Shown: positions 1-8,811 of the stretch, piece by piece
How the letters are laid out: each line of letters starts with the position of its first letter
Numbering within the stretch: the stretch's first letter is position 1
Translations under genes and position numbers: made by a program
The notes under the pieces: model-generated
The model's input: only the letters and a program-made list of their open reading frames with translations
What the model was told of the DNA's origin: nothing
Database searches by the model: none
Source: Candidatus Helarchaeota ASGARD archaeon Hel_GB_B
GTDB taxonomy: Archaea > Asgardarchaeota > Lokiarchaeia > Helarchaeales > HEL-GB-B
Direction: 5' to 3'
Assembly: GCA_005191425.1 (NCBI GenBank)
Contig: SUPR01000071.1
Location: 1 to 18,913, forward strand
DNA: 18,913 bases

Positions 1-729
1 GATTATAATGGAAAGAACATCTCAATAATAGACCCAAAATCTGTTAATTGGATAAAAAATTATCAGATTGATAAGCTTGACTTTATTTTTGAACCATTTG
101 GTCTTAAACTCAGTGATGAATTTAACCTTGAAAAGCACGCAATTATTGCGTTACCCGTGGACGAACAACCTGTCAGCGATTTTCAATGGCAAAGGTCTCC
201 ATTTAATTTAGAGGGGACCGGCGATGGCTCTTGGGAAAGTCCTGCCATTGGTTTCACCTTAGTATATTGGATGGCTAGATATTTTAACTTTATTCCGGCT
301 GTTATTTCTATAAATAATTCCTTAATTAATAATCTCAATTTGTCAAATCCTATTGAATATAAAGTCCAAATACAAAATGCTAGCTCTCATTTTAATTTAA
401 CATTAAAAAGTTATAATGTTGAATGGGCTGCTATTTGGGAGAATTCCTCTTTATATAAGAACGGTATTTATAATATTACAATTTTTGGGCGAAATGCTAC
501 TAAAATAGTTTCTATAAAATCTATTTATTCCCTAAATAAAGTTAATGAAAATGACTTAGTAAAAGCTAATACTTCTATATTCCCTTCAAATAATCCAACT
601 CCAAATATTTTAATTTTAATTATATCGACTTCGTCTATAATTGTAATTGTTTTACTTATTAAATATAAACTGAGTTCTATATCTAAAAAAACAAAAAAGA
701 TAATTGAGGGTGGAAAAACTAATGAATAA
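1..729 (+). CDS. 5'-partial surface/secreted protein with C-terminal membrane anchor (WQRSP...YWMARY motif, small beta-rich domain, TM helix, basic tail)
   Basis: Frame 1 is open from base 1 (DYNGKNISIIDPK...), so GTG157 is not the true start. Contains DFQWQRSPFNLEGTGDGSWESPAIGFTLVYWMARY, eight N-x-S/T sequons, then NILILIISTSSIIVIVLLI followed by KYKLSSISKKTKK. Confidence 0.75.
   Translation, partial: DYNGKNISIIDPKSVNWIKNYQIDKLDFIFEPFGLKLSDEFNLEKHAIIALPVDEQPVSDFQWQRSPFNLEGTGDGSWESPAIGFTLVYWMARYFNFIPAVISINNSLINNLNLSNPIEYKVQIQNASSHFNLTLKSYNVEWAAIWENSSLYKNGIYNITIFGRNATKIVSIKSIYSLNKVNENDLVKANTSIFPSNNPTPNILILIISTSSIIVIVLLIKYKLSSISKKTKKIIEGGKTNE
706..713 (+). promoter_or_regulatory. Shine-Dalgarno-like site for the gene starting at 722
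   Basis: GAGGGTGG lies 8 nt upstream of ATG722, inside the 3' end of the preceding gene. Confidence 0.45.
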
Positions 730-1960
730 TAATAGAAAGATAATTTCATTTGTATCTATCTCAATACTTAGATATATTATTTCCATTTGTTTCATCTTTA
801 TTGGTTTAATTAATATTCTTTTTTTAGATTCTGAACATGAAGCTGGCGTTCTTTTTCCTCTTCCCTATTTTGTAACAACAGGGGTCCCTCCTCTTATTTT
901 TGGGCTTTTTCTCCTAATACATACTATTATCTCCACGAATTTTCTAAAAATTGAAAATAATGGAAATGAAATATCAATAACAGAGAAAAAAATATTTACA
1001 AAAGTCCAAACATTTAAAATTAATGAAATTAAAAAAATATATCTCGGGAATAATAAAGTAAAATACAAATTTGTTATTTTTGCAATTTGGATGATGTATA
1101 TCTATTTTACTTTTATAAGCAGTTTTCACCAATTAAATTATTCGTATCAATTGATTTTATTGTCCTCTTCCATTGTTGTTTTTATCATCAATATTTTAAT
1201 TCTAATTTATCCACGAAATAAACTGGTCATTGAAAACGAAGAATTTAGAATTTGGACGAAATTTTCGCGCGGCGATTTTAATAAAATCTTAGAAATTATG
1301 GGAATTGACCAAATGGAAATAAATAGAAATGCGTCTGTTTATAAATGCCATAATTTTTATAGGTTTATAATCGGGTTAATTTTTATACTTATTTCTATAT
1401 TTGAAATATACTTTCCATTTGGGACTTATATTGATTTTTTTTCAGTTATTCTCGGTATTTATTTAATAATATCTTGGTATCAAAATGAATTTGGAAATGT
1501 AAAAATCCATCATAATGAAAATTTATATGTAAATTATAATTTTCTCGGATTTAAAAGTAATATTTTTATTAAAGATGTTAAAAAAATTAATTTTACGAAA
1601 AATTTTAAGTATATTCACCCATTTTTAATTGGATTTATTTCATATATTGGACTGGTTACGGTTTACACTTTTATTTATCAAATATTAATCTTTAAATTCT
1701 CTTTTTATTCTCTTTTATACTTAGCAGGAATATCAATTCTTATTTTTTTATTGATTTTTGATCAAACTGAGTTAATTCAATATGATAATGATAGAATCGA
1801 GATACCAAAAATTGGGGCTGAAAAGAGCCACCAATCTTTTTGGGAAATAATAATTATAAATAATTCGGTCAAAAGTCTTTATTTAAGAATTGCAATTATT
1901 TTAATTATAATATTTCTACCTATCTTCATTCAATGTATCTTTTTTCCCATTCTTACGTAA
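722..1960 (+). CDS. Polytopic membrane protein of unknown function with an internal two-fold repeat
   Basis: Long ORF with about 9-10 hydrophobic segments. ATG722 (MNNNRK) overlaps the upstream stop and has an SD-like site, so it is preferred over the track start at 704. Confidence 0.75.
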   Translation: MNNNRKIISFVSISILRYIISICFIFIGLINILFLDSEHEAGVLFPLPYFVTTGVPPLIFGLFLLIHTIISTNFLKIENNGNEISITEKKIFTKVQTFKINEIKKIYLGNNKVKYKFVIFAIWMMYIYFTFISSFHQLNYSYQLILLSSSIVVFIINILILIYPRNKLVIENEEFRIWTKFSRGDFNKILEIMGIDQMEINRNASVYKCHNFYRFIIGLIFILISIFEIYFPFGTYIDFFSVILGIYLIISWYQNEFGNVKIHHNENLYVNYNFLGFKSNIFIKDVKKINFTKNFKYIHPFLIGFISYIGLVTVYTFIYQILIFKFSFYSLLYLAGISILIFLLIFDQTELIQYDNDRIEIPKIGAEKSHQSFWEIIIINNSVKSLYLRIAIILIIIFLPIFIQCIFFPILT

Positions 1961-2005
1961 TAAAATATCAAAATTTTTAAATAATTTCTTAAAATTATAA
2001 TTTTT

Positions 2006-3427
2006 ATGACCGCACCATTTCCAGTAAAAACATTATTTGAGCCAAAATCTGTAGCAGTTTTAGGTGCTTCAAGAACAAAAGGACGCCCTGGAAATGTAGT
2101 AGTAAAAAATTTAGTGGAAATTTTCAATGGACCAATTTATCCAATAAATCCGCACGCAGATAACTTGTATGGTTTAAAAGTCTACCCAGACATTTTTTCA
2201 GTAGGTGAAGTTGAGTGTGCAATAATTATATTACCAACTGACCTTGTTGTAAATGCTGTCGAGGATTGTATTAAAAAGGGTATCAAATCAGTTATAATTA
2301 TCACGGAAGGTTTTGCAGAAACTGGGACTGAAACTGGGAAAAATTACCAGAATAAATTGAAAAAATTGTCAAATAAAATTAATATTCTCGGTACGGGGAC
2401 TTTAGGGGTTGTTAATCTCCCTGTTTTTACTTCCACATATGTAGAAATCGCAGGGTTAAAGCAAAATGGTAATATAGCATTTGTTTCGCAATCTGGAATT
2501 TTTACTGGAGGAATGATCGAATATTTTAGGACCCATAATTTTAATATGAGCAAGATTGTAAGTTTAGGAAATAAAATTGGGATTGATGATGCGGATATTA
2601 TCGATTATTTATACAATGATGGAATTACTAATGTAATTTGCTTATATCTTGAGGGGATTTCTAATGGTAAAAGATTTATTAATTCCGCTCGTAAATTTAT
2701 CAGAGATAAAGGCCCAATTATTGTATTAAAAGGCGGTAAAAGTCCTTCTGGAATAAAAGCTGCAATGAGCCACACATCTTCAATTGCTATTAATAATGAT
2801 ATATTTGATTCTATTATTAAACAAACTGGTATTATTCAAGTTGAAGATCTAAACGAATTTATTTATTTAAGTAAAGCGTTTTCATTATATAATGAACCAA
2901 TACAAGGAAATAAAATTGCAATTATTACATATAGTGGGGCTTTAGGCGTATTAACTTCGGACCAATGCACTAAATATGGACTTAAATTAGCTAACTTTAC
3001 CGAGCAAACTCAAAAGCGAATAAAAGAAGTAGTATTCGATAGAAACCCTGCTAATAACCCTGTAGATACATACCCCGCCACTTTAAAAAAAGGCACTGAA
3101 AAAACATTTATTACATGCCTGGAAGCAGTTATGGAAGATCCTGGTGTTGATTGTGCAATATTAACTGCATGGGGCAGTAATAATCCTGATAATGATGAAG
3201 TAAAATATTCTGAACATTTAAAAGATACTATCTTAAAATATCAATCAAAAAATAAACCGACAATAGTTGCTGTAATTGGAGAAAAAGATGGAATAGAACG
3301 TCAACGGAAATTTTTTGAGGACAATAATATAATTAATGTTGAATTTCCTGATGAAGCACCAAAAATTATTTCAAAAATGTATAATTACTATCATTTTAAA
3401 AACAACATTCTCTTAAAATATTATTAA
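2006..3427 (+). CDS. acdA: Acyl-CoA synthetase (NDP-forming) alpha-subunit family, CoA-binding protein
   Basis: LFEPKSVAVLGAS CoA-binding start, GNIAFVSQSG, VSLGNK, LYLEG, KGGKS..G.KAAMSHT phospho-His loop and NNPVD. No ATP-grasp (beta) domain. The symbol is a family-level call; substrate unknown. Confidence 0.88.
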   Translation: MTAPFPVKTLFEPKSVAVLGASRTKGRPGNVVVKNLVEIFNGPIYPINPHADNLYGLKVYPDIFSVGEVECAIIILPTDLVVNAVEDCIKKGIKSVIIITEGFAETGTETGKNYQNKLKKLSNKINILGTGTLGVVNLPVFTSTYVEIAGLKQNGNIAFVSQSGIFTGGMIEYFRTHNFNMSKIVSLGNKIGIDDADIIDYLYNDGITNVICLYLEGISNGKRFINSARKFIRDKGPIIVLKGGKSPSGIKAAMSHTSSIAINNDIFDSIIKQTGIIQVEDLNEFIYLSKAFSLYNEPIQGNKIAIITYSGALGVLTSDQCTKYGLKLANFTEQTQKRIKEVVFDRNPANNPVDTYPATLKKGTEKTFITCLEAVMEDPGVDCAILTAWGSNNPDNDEVKYSEHLKDTILKYQSKNKPTIVAVIGEKDGIERQRKFFEDNNIINVEFPDEAPKIISKMYNYYHFKNNILLKYY

Positions 3428-3464
3428 GAATCTATAATTTCATCTCAATTACTATTTGGGTGTC

Positions 3465-4403
3465 ATGATATTGAGTAAAAAACCGCATATATTAATAATA
3501 GGGAGCTCAAATACAGACTTGACTATAAAATCTGAAAAATTACCCAGTCCTGGAGAAACTGTTATAGGAAACGAATTTTTTATTGCTTCAGGTGGTAAGG
3601 GGGCCAATCAGGCTGTAGCTGCAAGAAGAGCTGGAGCTAATGTCACTTTTATTGCGAAAATTGGTGATGATGATTTTGGGAGAAATAATATTCAACTTTA
3701 TCAAAATGATGGCATAAATACTGACCATATCTTGATTGATAAAAATAATTATTCTGGAATCGCTCTTATTATGGTTGATTCTAAAGGTGAAAACTTAATT
3801 TCTGTTGCATCTAATTCTAATTATAATTTTCACCCTAAAGACATTGAATCAAAAAAGGAAATTATTAAAACAGCCGATATTATTCTTATTCAAAATGAAA
3901 TTCCTGACCAGACTAATCTTACAGTTATTAATATGGCTTTTGACTTAAAAATTCCATTGATTTTCAATCCTGCACCTGGTCCAAAGAAGCCCCTCTCATC
4001 TACTATTTTGAAAAAAATTAAATATCTTACTCCTAATAAAAAGGAATTAGAGTTGGTAACTGGAAAATTAATTAAAGAAGAAACGGATATTTACACCATT
4101 GGACAGGAATTAGTCCAAAGTGGGATTGAAAATTTAATTTTAACATTGGGTAATAAAGGTTCTTTATTAATTAATAAAAATGAAACTATTGCAATCCCAG
4201 CTTTTAAAGTAGATGCTATTGATACAGTAGGTGCTGGTGATTGTTTCAATGGTTATTTAGGCGCTATGCTTGCATCTGGCAAATCTCTTTATGATTCAAT
4301 TAAAATTGCATCTGCAGCAGCTGCAATTTCAGTTACTAAACGTGGCGCCCAACCTTCAATTCCTAACTATAATGAGGTCGTCCATTTTATTGAAACTCAT
4401 TGA
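3465..4403 (+). CDS. rbsK: Ribokinase (PfkB family)
   Basis: IGSSNTDL, GGKGANQAVAA, NPAP, and DTVGAGDCFNG with the catalytic Asp. ATG3465 is preferred over TTG3456. Confidence 0.92.
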   Translation: MILSKKPHILIIGSSNTDLTIKSEKLPSPGETVIGNEFFIASGGKGANQAVAARRAGANVTFIAKIGDDDFGRNNIQLYQNDGINTDHILIDKNNYSGIALIMVDSKGENLISVASNSNYNFHPKDIESKKEIIKTADIILIQNEIPDQTNLTVINMAFDLKIPLIFNPAPGPKKPLSSTILKKIKYLTPNKKELELVTGKLIKEETDIYTIGQELVQSGIENLILTLGNKGSLLINKNETIAIPAFKVDAIDTVGAGDCFNGYLGAMLASGKSLYDSIKIASAAAAISVTKRGAQPSIPNYNEVVHFIETH

Positions 4404-4430
4404 AAATTGTTTAATATTTGTCTTATTCTC

Positions 4431-4492
4431 CTTCTTTTTTTTTAATTTACAGTAATTAATTGTTTAAACATTAATAATTTAAATAAAAAAAA
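4431..4492. terminator. Candidate oligo-T terminators between convergent rbsK and thiolase
   Basis: T9 run at 4435-4443 on + after rbsK; A8 run at 4485-4492 (T8 on -) just after the thiolase stop. Such runs are common in this AT-rich DNA. Confidence 0.35.
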
Positions 4493-4499
4493 CGAAAAT

Positions 4500-5681
4500 T
4501 TAATCTCTTTCAATAATAAGCGTCATACCTTGTCCACCGCCGCCACATAAAGTAGCCATTCCAATGTTTAAATTTCGTTTAATCATTTCATATATTAAAG
4601 TTACAACTATTCGGGCACCTGTACATCCTACTGGATGGCCTAATCCAATCCCTGAACCATTTACATTAGCAATTTCTCTATCGAACCCTAATAATTTTTC
4701 TGCTGTCAAATAACAGGCAGCAAATGCCTCATTACATTCAACTAACTCCATATCCTTAATTGATAATTTTGTATTTTTTAGTGCCTTTTTTGTAGCAGGA
4801 ACAGGTCCTTCACCCATATAATATGGGTCTACTCCTGCAATACCAAATCCCTTAATGGTCGCTAATGGTGTCAACCCTAATTGATCCGCTTTTTCTTTAG
4901 ACATTAATATTAATGCTGCCGCTCCATCATTAATCCCTGATGAATTTCCCGCAGTTACTAGTCCTCCCTTCTTAAAAACAGGTGGTAATTTAGCTAATTG
5001 TTCCATTGTAAGACCTGGCCGAAAATGCTCGTCTGTATCAAAAACAATCGGGTCTTTTTTATGTTGAGGAACTTTAATCGGGACAATTTCATCTTTAAAT
5101 CGTCCATTATTTGTTGCTTTTTCTGCATTTTTATGCGACCTTAGTGCAACTTCGTCTAATTCTTCACGAGTAAATCCATATTTCTCACATAAATTTTCAG
5201 CAGTCTTCCCCATTATTATATCAAACCCAGCATGTAGTCCTTGATATAATCCATCTACAAACGTAATATTTGAGTTGCGATATCTAACACCCCATCTAGT
5301 ATCGAAACTTAAAAATGGTGCATTAGACATTGATTCAACACCACCCGCTAAAACTATATCCATATTTCCAGTTTGGATATATAGTGCACCCGAAACTATA
5401 GCTTCCATACCACTGTCACAAACTCTATTTATTGTAACTGCGGGAACATCAACAGGAATTCCTGCTTCAACAGCTGCCACGCGCCCAACATTCATCTCAT
5501 CTATGCGCTCCATACAACACCCCATACGAACATCATCAATTAAGTTTGATCCCAAATGAATTCTATTGATAGCCGCCTTCATTACTTCTGCTGCAATTTT
5601 CTTCCCAGTTAGAGGCTTTAAAGAACCTCCAAATTTTCCAATTGCTGATCTACATGCACTTAGAATTACTACTTCATTCAT
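4500..5681 (-). CDS. Acetyl-CoA C-acyltransferase (thiolase)
   Basis: RSAIGKFGG, NRVCDSG (nucleophile Cys), GNSSGINDGAAA, NEAF, GHPVGCTG (His) and LCGGGGQG (second Cys). ATG5681 is preferred over GTG5690. Confidence 0.95.
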   Translation of the reverse strand: MNEVVILSACRSAIGKFGGSLKPLTGKKIAAEVMKAAINRIHLGSNLIDDVRMGCCMERIDEMNVGRVAAVEAGIPVDVPAVTINRVCDSGMEAIVSGALYIQTGNMDIVLAGGVESMSNAPFLSFDTRWGVRYRNSNITFVDGLYQGLHAGFDIIMGKTAENLCEKYGFTREELDEVALRSHKNAEKATNNGRFKDEIVPIKVPQHKKDPIVFDTDEHFRPGLTMEQLAKLPPVFKKGGLVTAGNSSGINDGAAALILMSKEKADQLGLTPLATIKGFGIAGVDPYYMGEGPVPATKKALKNTKLSIKDMELVECNEAFAACYLTAEKLLGFDREIANVNGSGIGLGHPVGCTGARIVVTLIYEMIKRNLNIGMATLCGGGGQGMTLIIERD

Positions 5682-6090
5682 AAAATTCACTTTAATTAGT
5701 TTTTAGTAAAAAAATAAACGAATAATGTCTATTTAATTATTTTTTAAAAAATCCAAAATCAAATTTTAGAGAATAGTATAAATTATTCTAATTATTACAA
5801 CTCTCCTAATTTGAATTAAAAAATGATCTTGTTTTTATGTTGACATATTTTATTTTTTAGAAAAATAAAAAATGGATTATTTAATTACGAATTTATTATA
5901 TAGAAAAGTTTTGTGTTTAAGAATTTTATATTGGATAATTGATTTAAATTGGATTTTTTCAAAAGGTTTTTACATAAATTATAAATAAATTAGAAAAGAA
6001 TTTTCCATAACTCTTTTTCTTTATTTCTACTTTTTTAAAGAATAGAAAAAATATATTTTTAATATTAATGAGATATGGTGATTTTTTATT

Positions 6091-6633
6091 ATGGACTCGA
6101 GTGAAAAATATGCTTTCAAAATAGTTGTGATTGGAGACCCGGAGGTCGGCAAAACATCATTAATAAGACGATTTTCAAATAATTCATTTGATGAAAATTA
6201 TAAGGCAACGGCTGGAGCTGATTTTGATATAAAAATTTTAAAAATTAACGACCTAAATATTTTCTTAACAATTTGGGATATTGGTGCACAAGAACGATTT
6301 GGGACAATTAGAAATTATTATTATAGTGGTGCAGATGCCGCGATTTTAGTATATGATGTTACTAATTCCAAGTCCTTAGATTCATTAAAATCTTGGGATG
6401 ATGATTTTCTAAAAGCATCGATAGTTTCAAATCCTCGTATAATTGTTGGTAATAAGATAGATTTATTGGACAAAGATGAATTAAAACAAGACAAAGCTTT
6501 ACAATTTGCCCACGATAGAAATTTAAAATTAATTCTAACTTCTGCAAAAAATAATTTTAATGTAGAAAAAATTTTTGTTGAGATTTCTAAGTTATGTCTT
6601 GAAAAATATAATTTAAATGTAATTTACAAATAA
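6091..6633 (+). CDS. Rab-like small GTPase (Ras superfamily, Asgard type)
   Basis: G1 GDPEVGKTS, G2 Thr in ATAGADF, G3 WDIGAQERF, YYSGA, LVYDVT, G4 GNKID and G5 TSAK. No C-terminal prenylation cysteines. Confidence 0.92.
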   Translation: MDSSEKYAFKIVVIGDPEVGKTSLIRRFSNNSFDENYKATAGADFDIKILKINDLNIFLTIWDIGAQERFGTIRNYYYSGADAAILVYDVTNSKSLDSLKSWDDDFLKASIVSNPRIIVGNKIDLLDKDELKQDKALQFAHDRNLKLILTSAKNNFNVEKIFVEISKLCLEKYNLNVIYK

Positions 6634-6699
6634 TAATTTTATTTTTTTACTAAAAATAAGAGAAATGTGTATTTTAGGATTTAATATATTGATTATTTT

Positions 6700-7641
6700 T
6701 TAGAATATCTTGTATAATGGGCTTTGTTTATTAACATTTCTAAATTTATTAATTCGTATTGCATTATATGTTAAAATTGAATCGTTCATTGCCATCATTG
6801 GAAATATATATGAACAATAATTAATTGGGCCATACAAGAAGAAATCTGCGCCCATAGCTTGGGGAAGTGAGTGTATAAAGACATTTTTTATTTTTTTAAT
6901 ATTGCTATCATATGATTCAAAATCCTTTAATTTAGTCCAAGTATGTAATGCGTTATGAGTGCCACACCCTGAAGGATAACCCAACTCTTTTTTTATTTGA
7001 TAAATTGTTCGGGCATTAATTGCGACTGATGGGACATCTAAGGTAGCAACATCAATTAAAATATTTTCTATCCCTGCTTTTTCTGCTTTTTTAAGCAGTC
7101 CTTCCTCATTTTCTGTTCCTTTAATAAGTTTCATCTTATCATTTGGCCATATATATCTATTATGAAATGCTAAAAGAATGGCACTTTTAATTTTTGCATT
7201 TAAAATCGCATTAATTTCTTTTTCATCAATATGGGGGTCGATAGAATTATAAATAATTCTATTTGACAGCCCGATGTCTCCAAAATGGTTTATTGCAGGT
7301 ATTCTTATATCAGCATTTGGCCCACCTGGGAGCAATGGTGCTTCCGTCTTATCTGCAACAAACTCAACTAACTTAATCAATGCATCTGGCGTCTCTGCGC
7401 CACCCCCGACATCAAATCCATGGGTCAAACCAGTCTTATCTGCGATTTCAATCTGTTTATTAATTAGATCTTCGGCTAATTCTTTATTAAAATCACCGGT
7501 CTTTGGGTTTTTCAGTACTTTTGCAGAACGCGCTTTATAAAATATTGACCCTATCAAAAACAATGGATTTTCCCCTATTTGACCTCCAATTTTTATACCT
7601 GCAATTTCAAAAACCTTTTGCTCTTTTTCAAATAAAAACAT
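6700..7641 (-). CDS. mtrH: Tetrahydromethanopterin S-methyltransferase subunit H family (stand-alone)
   Basis: N-terminus MFLFEKEQKVFEIAGIKIGGQIGENP..IGSIFY matches MtrH; also IYNSI, GYPSGCGTHNA and GADFFLYGPI. Confidence 0.9.
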   Translation of the reverse strand: MFLFEKEQKVFEIAGIKIGGQIGENPLFLIGSIFYKARSAKVLKNPKTGDFNKELAEDLINKQIEIADKTGLTHGFDVGGGAETPDALIKLVEFVADKTEAPLLPGGPNADIRIPAINHFGDIGLSNRIIYNSIDPHIDEKEINAILNAKIKSAILLAFHNRYIWPNDKMKLIKGTENEEGLLKKAEKAGIENILIDVATLDVPSVAINARTIYQIKKELGYPSGCGTHNALHTWTKLKDFESYDSNIKKIKNVFIHSLPQAMGADFFLYGPINYCSYIFPMMAMNDSILTYNAIRINKFRNVNKQSPLYKIF

Positions 7642-7777
7642 CTTTATCGTCTCAGATCTTTCATTTTTCTTGATTTTTTTAATTGAGTTAAATATTCAAA
7701 TAAAATTGACTATCATAAATCTTTTTAATAAATTAATATATCGCATTTTTTTTTAAAATCTCAATTTATCAAATCTC

Positions 7778-8005
7778 TTAAGATTCAATTATTATCTTTT
7801 TTCCGTCAGGACTAAGTTTTGCGTTATATTGAAGACCACAAACATTGCAAGTGCAGCTCCAGCTGATTTTACCTTTTTTAAAGCTGGTATATTTTATCTT
7901 TATATCTAAAGAATCACATCTAGGACAGCCTTCTTGACCTATCAATGATGGATATTTTTGATAATTACGTATATTTTCTGGAATTTTAATTTCTTTAATA
8001 GACAT
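7778..8005 (-). CDS. Small zinc-ribbon protein
   Basis: 75 aa with CPRC...CNVC pairs, ATG start, located between well-supported genes. Confidence 0.65.
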   Translation of the reverse strand: MSIKEIKIPENIRNYQKYPSLIGQEGCPRCDSLDIKIKYTSFKKGKISWSCTCNVCGLQYNAKLSPDGKKIIIES

Positions 8006-8111
8006 TTAGACCATGTAATGTTAAAATTTCTTATTTTTAAATTTTTGTTAAAAATACTTTAAATATATTATCCTAAATATTTATTATAGTTCAATAATCA
8101 ATTAGTCTTTC

Positions 8112-8121
8112 CTTTATAAAG
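8112..8121. promoter_or_regulatory. Candidate bidirectional TATA element or operator in a divergent intergenic region
   Basis: Perfect palindrome CTTTATAAAG between divergent genes starting at 8005 (-) and 8187 (+). Statistically weak in AT-rich DNA. Confidence 0.25.
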
Positions 8122-8186
8122 TCATACCATTTATATATTTTTGTGGATAATATAATAATAAAATCTAAAAGTTTCTATGAATCATT

Positions 8187-8801
8187 ATGTCAACACCGAC
8201 AAAAAAATCTGAAAAATGGTTGAGTGATTTAGGAAAATCAATTTTAATTTTATCAGAAAATGGAATTTTGATCTCTGAAATAGTTAATAAATTACAAAAA
8301 AGATATAATTCAAAACAAACTTGTTGGGCTTCTATCTCAAGGACGTGTCGGATTCTTGCCAATAAAAACTTATTGGAATTATTTAAAAAAAATAACAGAG
8401 TTGAATCTGTCCAGACAACTTTAAAAGGAAAACAATTGATACGTGATTTATGTACTGACTTAGAAATTATTGCTATCAATCAATCCATTAAAAAATATCG
8501 TAATATCAGTGAAAATCTTAAAGAAAAATTAAATTTCTCAAATAATAATATGGAATTAATTAATAGTTATGAAATTAAGAAATTAATTTTAGAAATCCTA
8601 GCTAAATACGGTGAATTAACTCTTACTGGTATATCTCAGTGTGTAGACCTCCCAACTCCAATCTTATCTAAAATTCTAGACAACATGAAGGAAAATAGCT
8701 TAATCTTGCAGAATTCTCTTTCTGATAAAAATGACTATATTAAATATCAAATAAATTGGAAGTATTTATTTTTACCAATTAAAAATATAAATAAAAAGTA
8801 G
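8187..8801 (+). CDS. Tandem winged-helix (MarR/ArsR-like) DNA-binding protein
   Basis: Domain 1: ILISEIVNKL...WASISRTCRILANKNLL...VQTTLKGKQL. Domain 2: LILEILAKYGELTLTGISQCVDLPTPILSKILDNMKENSLI. Confidence 0.7.
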   Translation: MSTPTKKSEKWLSDLGKSILILSENGILISEIVNKLQKRYNSKQTCWASISRTCRILANKNLLELFKKNNRVESVQTTLKGKQLIRDLCTDLEIIAINQSIKKYRNISENLKEKLNFSNNNMELINSYEIKKLILEILAKYGELTLTGISQCVDLPTPILSKILDNMKENSLILQNSLSDKNDYIKYQINWKYLFLPIKNINKK

Positions 8802-8811
8802 TGAAATTAAA

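Noticed and set aside
525-8479. Short track ORFs overlapping real genes (525-749, 865-1068, 1930-2127, 2344-2553, 4270-4455, 5275-5559, 6362-6547, 7274-7540, 8165-8479)
   Set aside because: They overlap well-supported CDSs in another frame or strand and carry no recognisable motifs.
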